From the NCBI GenBank assembly GCA_963675745.2, contig CAXXWX010000016.1:1-64000 (forward strand): a stretch of DNA of 64,000 nucleotides, given 5' to 3'. Shown piece after piece: positions 18,349-27,620 of the stretch. Origin of the DNA: Phycisphaerae bacterium (GTDB lineage Bacteria > Planctomycetota > Phycisphaerae > UBA1845 > Fen-1342). The notes under the pieces were generated by a model. It was not told where the DNA came from and ran no database searches. It saw nothing but the letters and a program-made list of their open reading frames with translations. Made by a program: the position numbers and the translations under genes. Numbering within the stretch: position 1 is the first letter of the stretch; each line of letters opens with the position of its first letter.

Positions 18349-18436
18349 CAACCTGTTGTCCCCCGCTTCCGGCCCGGGGTGTTCGGGCCAGGCCGATGGT
18401 GCTCGCCCACCATCGGCCGTCCTTTAAAGGGCGGCA

Positions 18437-19249
18437 TCATTCCGCAGGTGATATATCCAATTTGTGCGCGCGCGCCTGACGCTCGGCCTCGCGGGCTTTC
18501 ATTTCGCCGTCCAACTCAGCCGCGAGTTCGTAGTCCTCTTCCTCGAGCGCCACTTCAAACTGCTCGCGTAGCGTCAACTCCACCTCGTATTGCACGCGGA
18601 GCTGCCGGCTCAGCTCGGTCAGGTAGACCACACCGATGTCTTCCGGCTCGTCGTCGCCGGCTGCCTCGAGAATGCCCTGTTCAACCAGCAACGCGCGCAG
18701 CTCATCGGCCCCGGCTTCGGCAACCTCGATGGCGTTGTCGTAGTCACGTTCGATCACGCGTAACTGGCAAAGCAGACGCGCGCGGTTGAAGACCAGCGTG
18801 GGCCACAGGTGTGCCTGCGCACTGCGCACGCCCCCGTTCTCCGGCAGACGCAACGCCGCCTGGCAAAGATCAATGTCGCGCAACACGCGCACAATGTAGC
18901 TTTCCGCCGCATCCTCATCCTGCCGGCGCAGTGCATCCTCCGCGACGCTGGCCAAAGCCATACGGCGGAAGTTGAGCTGGCTCACCTCGCGGTCGAGGGC
19001 CTGCCAGTGCTCGTGGCTGATGGCATCGCGTCCGACGCGGAATTCGTGCTGAAGATAGTCGAGCACCATGGGTAGGCCGTGATAGAACTCACCGTCGGGT
19101 CGCCCGTCCGGGTGCATCTGCAAAACACCCAGATCGACGCGCAACTGCACCAGATCCTGCCCATCGCGCCCGCGCACGAGGCGCGCGGCCATTTCGCCGG
19201 GCGGACAGTCCCAACCCGCAGTGATTTCTTCAAGATCAAGGCTCAGCAT
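18437..19249 (-). CDS. Conserved hypothetical protein with a C-terminal UvrB/UvrC-type motif
   Basis: GRDGQDLVQLRVDLGVLQM...GRPDG N-terminus and ALEEEDYELAAEL C-terminal motif. Confidence 0.75.
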   Translation of the reverse strand: MLSLDLEEITAGWDCPPGEMAARLVRGRDGQDLVQLRVDLGVLQMHPDGRPDGEFYHGLPMVLDYLQHEFRVGRDAISHEHWQALDREVSQLNFRRMALASVAEDALRRQDEDAAESYIVRVLRDIDLCQAALRLPENGGVRSAQAHLWPTLVFNRARLLCQLRVIERDYDNAIEVAEAGADELRALLVEQGILEAAGDDEPEDIGVVYLTELSRQLRVQYEVELTLREQFEVALEEEDYELAAELDGEMKAREAERQARAHKLDISPAE

Positions 19250-19444
19250 AATCTCTCACCTCGTGGCACGGCCAAGGTATCGACCACGCGGCGGAGAGAC
19301 GCGCGAAACCGTTGGATGGCTGATAATCGGTGGCCCTAGACGTCGCCCCAAAGCCACGGCGCTACGCAAGCGCACGTGAGCACGCCCTAAAAACCAACGT
19401 CCTGTATCGGCCGTAACGTGCAATGGGGACGATGGCTGCGTACC

Positions 19445-19491
19445 GCCTGGTGCAATACCCGAGTAGCAGCCTGGTGCAATACCCGAGTAGC
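19445..19491. repeat. Tandem duplication of GCCTGGTGCAATACCCGAGTAGC (24-bp period)
   Basis: Copies at 19445-19467 and 19469-19491, downstream of pntB. Confidence 0.8.
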
Positions 19492-19588
19492 GGCCTGCGC
19501 CTCGCAGGCCGTCGATGCATAACGGCGCTTCCGCCGTCCCACGGCCGGCGAGGCGCCGGCCGCTACGCTTACTGGGCGCCGCCGGCGG

Positions 19589-21109
19589 CTATGCGCCTTT
19601 CAGGGCCGCGATGATCTCGGTGACCATCTTCTTCGCATCGCCGAACAGCATCACCGTGTTCTCGTTGAAGAACAGTGGGTTCTGAATGCCGGCGAAGCCG
19701 GGGTTCAGGCTGCGCTTGCACACCATCACGGTGCGCGCCTTGTCGACGTCGAAGATCGGCATGCCGGCGATCTGGCTGTCAGGCCGGCGCGCGTCCGGGT
19801 TGACCACGTCATTGGCACCGATAATGAGCGCCGCGTCACACTGCTCCATCTCCGAGTTCAGGTCGAGGTCCGCCAGTTGCTCATATGGCACATTGGCTTC
19901 GGCCAGCAAGACGTTCATGTGGCCGGGCATGCGGCCGGCGACCGGGTGAACGCCATAGCGCACGTCGATGCCCTTAGCCGCCAGCAGACCGGCCATCTCG
20001 GCGACGGCGTGCTGTGCCTGGGCCACGGCCATGCCGTAACCCGGAATGATGAAGATTTTCTGCGAGGCCTCGAGCACCATGGCGGCCTCTTCACCATCCA
20101 TCTGCCGCACGGTCTTACCTTCGACCGACGTACCGCCGGCGGCCGTGGTCTCCTGGCCGAATCCGCCGGCGAGAACGTTCAACAGCGAGCGGTTCATCGC
20201 CTTGCACATGATGTTCGTCAGGATCAGCCCCGAGGCCCCGACCAGCGCCCCACTGACGATCAGTCCGACATTGCCGAGCACAAAGCCCGCGAAGCACGCC
20301 GCCAACCCCGAATAGGAATTGAGCAGCGACACCACAACGGGCATGTCCGCCCCGCCGATCGGGATCGTAAGCAGCACGCCCATCACCGTGGCGATCAGGA
20401 TGAGTAAGACCACGGCCCAGCCAGACGCCGGGTCCATGGCGATCATCACGCCGAGCACAACGACAACGATCATCAGCAGCAGGTTCAACGGATGCTGCAG
20501 CGGGAAGGTCAGCGGGTTACCCATCTTCAGGTAGACCTTCCAGTCCATCTCGCCGCGCTTGTTGAGTTCCTTGCCCGCCCACGGGATGGGAATCCACTTG
20601 CCGGAGAGCTTGAGGAAAGCGATGAAGCTGCCGGTTGTGGTGACCATCCCGACCAGCAGCGCGAGACAGATGCTGATATTGGTGTCATACCGCGCCGGTT
20701 CGGGGGTTTTGCTCCAGTACTCGGCCCCGGCCACCAGTGCCGACGCCAGACCGCCCGAGCCGTTGAACAGCGCGACCATCTCGGGCATCGACGTCATCGC
20801 CACGCGCTTGGCAACGACAAAGCCGATGACCGAGCCGACCAGGCCGCCGATTATGATGACGTAATAGCCGACGATCCCCTGGTTCAGCAGCGTTACAACG
20901 ACCGCCACCAGCATGCCAAACGCCGCGACCATGTTGCCGCGGCGCGCCGTGCGGGGTGACGAGAGCATCTTCAGGCCGAAGACAAACAAGACCGCGGCGA
21001 CGAGGTACATCATGTCGATGAAGAAGTCGCGGGTTGCCGTGGCGACGCCCGTTACCGCCTCCGCCGGCTGCGTTGTGACTTCCTGTGCGAGTAGTAGCAG
21101 TGTTTCCAT
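19589..21109 (-). CDS. pntB: NAD(P) transhydrogenase subunit beta
   Basis: MPEMVALFN, IGGADMPVVVSLLNSYSG, MCKAMNRS, PGYGMAVAQAQ, HPVAGRMPGHMNVLLAEA, GANDVVNP. GGAGG SD before ATG 21109. Confidence 0.97.
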   Translation of the reverse strand: METLLLLAQEVTTQPAEAVTGVATATRDFFIDMMYLVAAVLFVFGLKMLSSPRTARRGNMVAAFGMLVAVVVTLLNQGIVGYYVIIIGGLVGSVIGFVVAKRVAMTSMPEMVALFNGSGGLASALVAGAEYWSKTPEPARYDTNISICLALLVGMVTTTGSFIAFLKLSGKWIPIPWAGKELNKRGEMDWKVYLKMGNPLTFPLQHPLNLLLMIVVVVLGVMIAMDPASGWAVVLLILIATVMGVLLTIPIGGADMPVVVSLLNSYSGLAACFAGFVLGNVGLIVSGALVGASGLILTNIMCKAMNRSLLNVLAGGFGQETTAAGGTSVEGKTVRQMDGEEAAMVLEASQKIFIIPGYGMAVAQAQHAVAEMAGLLAAKGIDVRYGVHPVAGRMPGHMNVLLAEANVPYEQLADLDLNSEMEQCDAALIIGANDVVNPDARRPDSQIAGMPIFDVDKARTVMVCKRSLNPGFAGIQNPLFFNENTVMLFGDAKKMVTEIIAALKGA

Positions 21110-21125
21110 GGTGGTCGGCCCTCCC

Positions 21126-21455
21126 TTACTTGCGCTTGAACATGGCAAGCATGCGGTTGGTCACCGCAAAGCCGCCGACCACGTTAATCATCGCGAACAC
21201 CATCGCGAGGAACCCGAACACGTAGCTGATGGCGCCGAGATCGCTGCCGGCGATCAGCAACGCGCCCACGATCGTAATGCCCGAGATCGCGTTCGATCCG
21301 GACATCAGCGGCGTGTGCAGCGTTGCGGGCACCTTGGTGATCACCTCGAAGCCCAGCAGAATCGCCAGGACAAAGGCAACCAGCCCGAACTTGAGCGAAT
21401 GCAGCATCTCGATCGTGCTGCCGGCATCAGCGAGTAGACTGAGGTCAGTCATCAT
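21126..21455 (-). CDS. pntAB: NAD(P) transhydrogenase subunit alpha part 2
   Basis: VPATLHTPLMSGSNAISG...INVVGGFAVTNRMLAMF; start overlaps the pntAA stop. Confidence 0.95.
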   Translation of the reverse strand: MMTDLSLLADAGSTIEMLHSLKFGLVAFVLAILLGFEVITKVPATLHTPLMSGSNAISGITIVGALLIAGSDLGAISYVFGFLAMVFAMINVVGGFAVTNRMLAMFKRK

Positions 21456-22594
21456 GATCCCTCGCCCCCTTCCACAATCTGTTTGACCCCTTCGTGCCGG
21501 ATCTGGCCGTCGTGGGTGACCAGCGCGCCGGCGATGATCTCGTCTTCCAAGTCGAGCTTGAACTCGTTGTCCTTCCAGAACTCCAGCACAAACGTCGTCA
21601 GGTTTCGCGAATACAGCGTGCTGCCGTGGATCGGCATGCTCGACGGCAGGTTGAGCGGTGCGCAGATTTTCACGCCGTTGACTTCGACCGTCTCGCCCGG
21701 CTTGGTCAACTCGCAATTCCCGCCGGCCTCGGCCGCCAGGTCCACGATCACCGAACCGGGGGTCATGCTCTTGACCATCTCTTCCGTGATCAACTTGGGA
21801 GCCTTGACGCCGCCGATCAGGGCCGTCGTGATCACCGCATCCGAGGCCTGGCATTGTGCGGCGATGAGCTCGGCCTGCTTCTTGTAGAAATCCGCGGATA
21901 GTTGCTTCGCATAGCCGCCCGCGGTCTGCGCGTCTTCCTCGCTCTCGACGGCGGCGAATTTGGCGCCGAGACTCTCGACCTGCTCCTTGACGACGCTGCG
22001 CGTGTCTGTGGCCGTGACCGAGCCACCCAGACGCCGGGCGGTCGCGATCGCCTGAAGGCCCGCAACGCCGGCGCCGATCACAAAGACCTTGGCGGCAAAG
22101 ACCGTGCCCGCCGCGGTCATGAACATCGGGAAGTACTTGGCGCATTGCTCGGCGGCGATCAGAACGGACTTGTAGCCGGCGATGTTGGCCATCGACGAGA
22201 GCGTGTCCATCGACTGGGCGCGCGTCGTTCGCGGGATCGCATCCGTCGAAAACGCGCTGACTTTCTGCGCCGCGAGCCGTTTGACGACTTCGACGTTCTT
22301 GACCGGCAGCAGCGTTGTGAGCAGCAAAGCCCCGGCGCGCAGCTTCTCAAGCTCCGCGTGGGTCGGGGCCTGGACCTTCAAGACGAAGTCAGCCCCGCTG
22401 AGCAAAGCCGTCACGTCCTTCTCGAGCGTGGCGCCGGCGTCGCGGTAGGCGTCATCGGAGAGGTACGAGCTGACGCCCGCACCGCTCTCCACCGCAACTT
22501 CGGCTCCTGCCTTTACCAGCTTCTTGATCGACTCGGGGACCAACGCGACGCGACGTTCTCCCGCGAGCGTCTCCTTGGGGACGGCCAGTTTCAT
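21452..22594 (-). CDS. pntAA: NAD(P) transhydrogenase subunit alpha part 1
   Basis: KETLAGERRVAL, RAQSMDTLSSMANIAGY, GAGVAGLQAIATARRLG, GGYAK, GGNCE. Confidence 0.97.
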   Translation of the reverse strand: MKLAVPKETLAGERRVALVPESIKKLVKAGAEVAVESGAGVSSYLSDDAYRDAGATLEKDVTALLSGADFVLKVQAPTHAELEKLRAGALLLTTLLPVKNVEVVKRLAAQKVSAFSTDAIPRTTRAQSMDTLSSMANIAGYKSVLIAAEQCAKYFPMFMTAAGTVFAAKVFVIGAGVAGLQAIATARRLGGSVTATDTRSVVKEQVESLGAKFAAVESEEDAQTAGGYAKQLSADFYKKQAELIAAQCQASDAVITTALIGGVKAPKLITEEMVKSMTPGSVIVDLAAEAGGNCELTKPGETVEVNGVKICAPLNLPSSMPIHGSTLYSRNLTTFVLEFWKDNEFKLDLEDEIIAGALVTHDGQIRHEGVKQIVEGGEGS

Positions 22595-22999
22595 AGCACC
22601 CTCAACCGGTGATTAGAGCAGTTTTTGAAACGGTCCGGTGTGCCACTGCCCTGAAGCAGTGCTCTCTCAACACGAACCTCACGGCCCACGGAGCCGTGCC
22701 ACACTACCAACTGACAGGTCTTTGTCTAACCGCTCTATGACCTCACACCGCCCGCGCCAAACACCCGACGCCGCGGCCGCCTGTTTGCCAGCTCGAACGC
22801 ACAACCACCTCCCAAGCCGTTGCCAAGCCCCCCTGGCCAACCGATCGGGTAAGCCCGCTTTCGCTGAACGCCGTGCGTGAACGCACCACCAATAACGTAG
22901 CGGCCGCCCCCTGCGGCGGCCGTGGGATTCAAGTGGCTTCCGACATCTGTCGGTCGCCACGAAAAACGACCGCGAAAACGGCGACGCAAGTCACGCACG

Positions 23000-23614
23000 T
23001 CAAGACAAGTATAAGCCTTGCGCGGCAATGTACTCCCGAACCGCGTCGGGGACAAGATGACGGATCGAACGCCCCGCCGCCACACGCCGCCGCACCTCGG
23101 TGGCCGAAATCTCGATCAGCGGCGTGTCGAGCACATGGTCGCGAATTCGCTGAAGCTGCTCCGGTGACAACAGCTCACTCAGTTCACGCAACGCCGGCGT
23201 CTCCCGGACCCCACGGCCGACCGTTACCAGCGTGCAAGCCGCGGCCAGATCGCGCACGCGGTACCAGGTGTGCAGGTCGCACAGGCTGTCGCGGCCAATC
23301 AGCCAGTAGACGGGCCCCCGCTCGCCGACCACGTCGCGGAAGTGCCTGACCGTCAGGAGCGTGTAATTGGGCCCGGCTTGCCCCAGCTCCCAATCAGACA
23401 CGTCGAACAGCGGATCACCCGCCACCGCCGCCCGGCACATGGCCGCGCGGTGTTCGCCACCTGCCAGACGCACGCTCTGTTTATGAGGTGGAGAGGCACT
23501 CGGAATGAGCATCACCCGGTCGGCCGCAAGCTGCTCGGCGGCTGCTCGGCTGACGATCAGGTGCCCGTGGTGAACCGGGTCGAAAGAACCGCCGAATAAG
23601 AGGATGCCCGCCAA
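23000..23614 (-). CDS. nadD: Nicotinate-nucleotide adenylyltransferase
   Basis: GGSFDPVHHGH, PPHK, LIGRDS, ISATEVR. Confidence 0.93.
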   Translation of the reverse strand: MAGILLFGGSFDPVHHGHLIVSRAAAEQLAADRVMLIPSASPPHKQSVRLAGGEHRAAMCRAAVAGDPLFDVSDWELGQAGPNYTLLTVRHFRDVVGERGPVYWLIGRDSLCDLHTWYRVRDLAAACTLVTVGRGVRETPALRELSELLSPEQLQRIRDHVLDTPLIEISATEVRRRVAAGRSIRHLVPDAVREYIAAQGLYLS

Positions 23615-23639
23615 GGTCGCTCACTCCCGGGCGTTGCTC

Positions 23640-24308
23640 TCAGTTCGGTTTCGGCATCTCACCAATGGCGATTTTCAGTCCGTCGGCGATTTCGCGCGCG
23701 GTCTCGAGATGCGGATGAACATGCAACGCGTGTTGATAATACTCGTATGCGCGTCGCAGCAAACCCCGTTCGAGGTAGATTTGTCCGAGCCCTTCAGCGG
23801 CGGCGAAGTGATATGGGTTCAGGCGCAACGCCTGGTGGTATGCCGGTAACGCCTGGCCATAGCGGTTCAACAGCGCCAGCACCAGGCCACGCTGGTGATG
23901 CGGCTCGGCGTATTCAGGCTCCGCTTCGGTGAGTATACGCAGCAGATCAAAGGCCTCTTCCAGCTTGCCTGCCTGCATGCGGTCGATGGCCTGTCGCAGT
24001 GTACCCACGCCCCATTGCGATCCAGATCGCATCCAGATTTGCCATAGACTCTGCTCGGCCGCCTCGATTATCGCCGCTGACTCGCGACGCAGCAGCAGCG
24101 CCACGTAGCGGCTCTGCTCCATCGACCCCACCAGGCCGAGGCACACCACGGCCACCTCGACCACAGCGTCGTCGGGCGACGCCAGAAATGCCACCAGTTT
24201 CTCCGCGGGCCAATCGGCTCTAAGCAGTCGCAGAACCTCTTGCTGCCGGTGGTCCGAAAGCAATCCACCCACGGTGTTCATGAAATTGCCGTGTGCTGGC
24301 GTCGTCAT
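23640..24308 (-). CDS. HEAT/TPR repeat protein
   Basis: HEAT-like AVVCLGLVG...AEQSLWQIW followed by TPRs (LNPYHFAAAEGLGQIY). Start uncertain (24281, 24308 or 24383). Confidence 0.75.
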   Translation of the reverse strand: MTTPAHGNFMNTVGGLLSDHRQQEVLRLLRADWPAEKLVAFLASPDDAVVEVAVVCLGLVGSMEQSRYVALLLRRESAAIIEAAEQSLWQIWMRSGSQWGVGTLRQAIDRMQAGKLEEAFDLLRILTEAEPEYAEPHHQRGLVLALLNRYGQALPAYHQALRLNPYHFAAAEGLGQIYLERGLLRRAYEYYQHALHVHPHLETAREIADGLKIAIGEMPKPN

Positions 24309-24502
24309 CGGCCTGTAGGCCCCTTCGCCGGTCCCAGAGTAAAATTCCCTTCGCGCTACCACCAGCTTCTTCCGAACGGGCAACTAAACTCCATGGGCCA
24401 GGTACATGCGGCGCTCGCCCGTCAACTCCTTTTCAGACATACCACGCTTGACTCCACCGCACGGCGGGTGCGAACGTGCAACGCTCGGACGCACAATGGC
24501 GG

Positions 24503-24541
24503 AAAAAGCCGTCACCACCTGCCGTGGTGTTACCGTGGCTT
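24503..24541 (-). terminator. Putative intrinsic terminator on the minus strand
   Basis: Minus strand reads GCCACGGTAACACCAC-GGCAG-GTGGTGACGGC followed by TTTTT. Confidence 0.5.
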
Positions 24542-24636
24542 CATGTCTACGATATGCCCGGCGCTCCAGTTTGGGGGGTAGATTCCCCCCGCAGCGAAGC
24601 TTCAGTGCGGGTTGGTCTTAATTGGCGACCTGTACA

Positions 24637-24666
24637 ATCGTAGGCTCGCAACCTCCGCAACGTCAA
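24637..24666 (-). promoter_or_regulatory. Putative sigma70 promoter on the minus strand
   Basis: TTGACG, 18 nt, TACGAT on the minus strand. Confidence 0.45.
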
Positions 24667-24732
24667 ACCCGCCTATGACGCAAATGACCACGGGCCGCGA
24701 CAGCCTCCCCACATCGGCTGCTCCAGCTAGCG

Positions 24733-25569
24733 TCACCGGTTGCGCTGTATCGGAAGCTCAAGAACTTCGTTCATGCTCCCCGTGCGGAAGCCGCGGAGGT
24801 CGAGCGCCACGTACTTGTAGCCCAGCTCACGCAGCTTGGCGTCCACGCGCCCGCGCAGGTTTGGTTCCGCCAATCGCGTGATCGCGCTCGCCGGCACCTC
24901 GATACGGGCTAGATTGTCATGGTGGCGTACGCGGCATTCGGGGAAGCCGAGCTCGCGGAGAAACGTCTCCGCCGCGTCGATCTGGCCCAGCTTTGTGGGC
25001 GTGATCTGCTCGCCGTACTGCACGCGCGACGAAAGACATGGCGAAGCGGGTTTATCGTGAATGCTCAAGCCGTAGCCGGCCGCCAGCTCACGAACATCAT
25101 CCTTCGTGATACCGGCATCGACCAGCGGGGCACAGACGTTTTGCTCTTTTGCGGCGCCCAGCCCGGGGCGATAGTCACTGCAATCATCCACGTTGGCGCC
25201 GCTGAGAACCACGTCGAAGTCGCGCTCGGCGGCGAACCGGGCCAAAAGCGAGTAGAGCTCGGTTTTGCAGAAGTAACAGCGATCGGACAGATTGGCGACG
25301 TAGTTCTGATCGGCAAACTCGTGTGTATCGACGAATTCGTGCGGCGCGCCGCACTCGCGCGCAAGCTCCGCCGCCGTCGTCAGCTCTTTGCGGGGCAGGC
25401 TCGGGCTGCGCCCGGTGACCGCCAGGACATTCTCGGCCCCGAGCGCCTCCACGGCCAGCCTGGCCACCAGCACACTGTCCACACCGCCCGAGAATGCAAC
25501 GACGGCGCGTTTAAACCCGCGCAAACATGCCAGAGCCGCATCGCGTTTTTGCGCCAGAGCGTCTTTCAT
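24733..25569 (-). CDS. larE: ATP-dependent sacrificial sulfur transferase LarE
   Basis: AFSGGVDS PP-loop, RCYFCK, DYRPG, PCLSSR, RVRHH, GFRTGSMN. Confidence 0.92.
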   Translation of the reverse strand: MKDALAQKRDAALACLRGFKRAVVAFSGGVDSVLVARLAVEALGAENVLAVTGRSPSLPRKELTTAAELARECGAPHEFVDTHEFADQNYVANLSDRCYFCKTELYSLLARFAAERDFDVVLSGANVDDCSDYRPGLGAAKEQNVCAPLVDAGITKDDVRELAAGYGLSIHDKPASPCLSSRVQYGEQITPTKLGQIDAAETFLRELGFPECRVRHHDNLARIEVPASAITRLAEPNLRGRVDAKLRELGYKYVALDLRGFRTGSMNEVLELPIQRNR

Positions 25570-25660
25570 GCCGTGATTATACCGCGCCCGGGCCTGGCGG
25601 CCTGTCCGCCACAGCTCCACAAGCCGCGTTCTTCTTTCCGGGACGCCGCATAACCGGTTT

Positions 25661-25734
25661 GCCACGGCTCTGTGAGCCGTGCTCCGCCTTTCGCAGCGTA
25701 GCACAGCCGGTGTGCCACGGCTCTGTGAGCCGTG
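25661..25734. repeat. REP-like palindrome pair GCCACGGCTCTGTGAGCCGTG
   Basis: Copies at 25661-25681 and 25714-25734; same family at 54318-54378. Confidence 0.85.
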
Positions 25735-25803
25735 TTCTTCTTTTCGCGACGCAGCACGTATCCCAAACGCCGTGACACACACCGGTTGTCCGAGGTCGGG
25801 GCA

Positions 25804-26304
25804 CTAGCCGCCTGCGGCCCAGTTGACCACGTCGTCCTTCGTGCCGAAGCGCCCGTCGGGGCCGGCGCTGGCCAGATCGAACTTGTCGGCATTGTGCTGG
25901 CCCGGGACCGTATACGTGTATGGATTGCCCCAGGGATCGTTAAAGAAGCCGGCACGCGAATAGGGCCCCTGCCAGCCGGCAGCCGCCGCCGGGCGTGTGA
26001 GCAGGTCCGCCAGTTGTTGCGGGTAGGCACCCACATCCTGCCGGTACTGCTCGACGGCCTTGGGTAAGGCGGCCGTGATCACCGAATGCGCGATGGAAAC
26101 GCGGGCCTGATATGCGCTGGCCGCAACCGCCGTGCGGTCCGTCTCCGACGACTCGCGCGCCATCGTCGGTGTCGCACGCGCGCTACCGGACGAGGAATCA
26201 TCAGTGGCGCGCGCGGCCTTACCCGGCGCATTGCACGCACTCAGCATCATGAGCGAAGCAGCCAAAAGCACTGCACCAACCAGACAACCACGACGAATGT
26301 ACAT
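25804..26304 (-). CDS. GspG (T2SS pseudopilin) C-terminal-domain protein with a lipoprotein-like N-terminus
   Basis: AVEQYRQDVGAYP...LL..P...WQGPY...DPWGNPY.Y..PG...FDLASAGPDG.FGT.DD; N-terminal LMMLSAC lipobox. Confidence 0.8.
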   Translation of the reverse strand: MYIRRGCLVGAVLLAASLMMLSACNAPGKAARATDDSSSGSARATPTMARESSETDRTAVAASAYQARVSIAHSVITAALPKAVEQYRQDVGAYPQQLADLLTRPAAAAGWQGPYSRAGFFNDPWGNPYTYTVPGQHNADKFDLASAGPDGRFGTKDDVVNWAAGG

Positions 26305-26422
26305 GCCGGCCTCCTGATCTTGTTTCACCAGAGATTCACATGATGGCTGGATTTTGGGCGTCAAACGCTGACTCGTCACGACCCGGCCCCGCGCACCCAG
26401 ATCCAAACTCGCACGGCCGCCG

Positions 26423-27298
26423 CTATGGATGCGGTGCCGGGGCGTCAGCGGGCAGCAGTTCATCTATCAGCCGGGCGACGCCAAACTCGTCGTTTGTGAC
26501 CGTCACGCGGTCCGCCGCGGCTTTGGCCACATCACGGGCGTTGCCCATCGCCACGCCGAGACCCGCGTGTTTCAGCATGGCGACGTCATTTACATCATCG
26601 CCAATTGCGACCGTCCGCCTTGGGTCAATCTTCCATCGGCGGCACAATTCCTCGATCGCGGTCCACTTGTTGACGTGCGGCGCAAACGCCTCGATGACGG
26701 TCAGGTTCCATGCGGGGGCTTCGAGCACATTGTGCGCCAGGCGCCCGTCGAACGACGCCGTCAATTCGTGCGACAGGTGCTTCAGAGCGCCGGGCTCATC
26801 GATGATCGAGATGCGCACCGGCTGGCCGACGTCGGCCGGCAATTCGCTCACGCTCTCGATCCGGCAGGGAGTGATTGCTACGTATCCATCGACGGCCACG
26901 TGGCGCTTGGGACCGTCGATCGCATAGCCGTCGACACCCTCACCCTCGCGATCGAGCAGCCACAGCACCGCATACTCGTGCGTACGAAACCAGGCCGTCA
27001 ATTCGCGAGCGGTCTCGAGTGGGATCGGTACACGGTTTATAGTTCTGCCCGACGAAACATCCGTGATAACCGCGCCGAAAACCGTCACGACGGCGTCGAG
27101 ATCAAGCCCTATTTCCTCGATCGTGCTGGTGGTCTCCGCATACGCGCGGCCCGTACACAGCACGATGTGCATGCCGGCGGCGTGCGCACGGTGCAGCGCG
27201 GCGCGATTCTCGGGCGGCACGCGGTGTTGCGAATCGAGCAACGTACCATCCAAATCGATCGCGATCAGGTCGTAAGCCCGTCCCTTCGTCACAGGCAT
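26423..27298 (-). CDS. Cof-type HAD-IIB hydrolase
   Basis: DLDGTLL, CTGR, VNKWTAI, AIGDDVND, GVAMGNA. Confidence 0.9.
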   Translation of the reverse strand: MPVTKGRAYDLIAIDLDGTLLDSQHRVPPENRAALHRAHAAGMHIVLCTGRAYAETTSTIEEIGLDLDAVVTVFGAVITDVSSGRTINRVPIPLETARELTAWFRTHEYAVLWLLDREGEGVDGYAIDGPKRHVAVDGYVAITPCRIESVSELPADVGQPVRISIIDEPGALKHLSHELTASFDGRLAHNVLEAPAWNLTVIEAFAPHVNKWTAIEELCRRWKIDPRRTVAIGDDVNDVAMLKHAGLGVAMGNARDVAKAAADRVTVTNDEFGVARLIDELLPADAPAPHP

Positions 27299-27620
27299 CG
27301 GCGCTGTGCCACCTTCCGGCGTCTGCCGCTGAGATATCACTTCAAGGGCCGCGCGGTCTCACGCCGACGTGATGACCCGCGTTTTCCACGGCCACACCCT
27401 AACCTCGATATTGTCGCTGCTTGATCAGCCGCTGTGAAGCCGGATTGGGCGGCCGCTGGCGAGATTCTCGGCAGTGCTCTCTTCGGCGCTGGAATCCGCG
27501 ACTTGGCCGCGTTACGCTAGTTTAGGTGCATGTCACAGTCGCATGCTGCGCAACAGTTGGACGCCCGCACTCCGGGCTGCGAGCGCGTTCGGTCACGGAC
27601 TACTGTCGAGTAGCGAAAAC

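Noticed and set aside
24550..24630. NAD+-I (nadA motif) riboswitch, suggested by GAATCTAC...CTGGAGC upstream of nadD
   Set aside because: The complementary 5' strands needed for that fold are absent; kept only as an unclassified structured RNA candidate.
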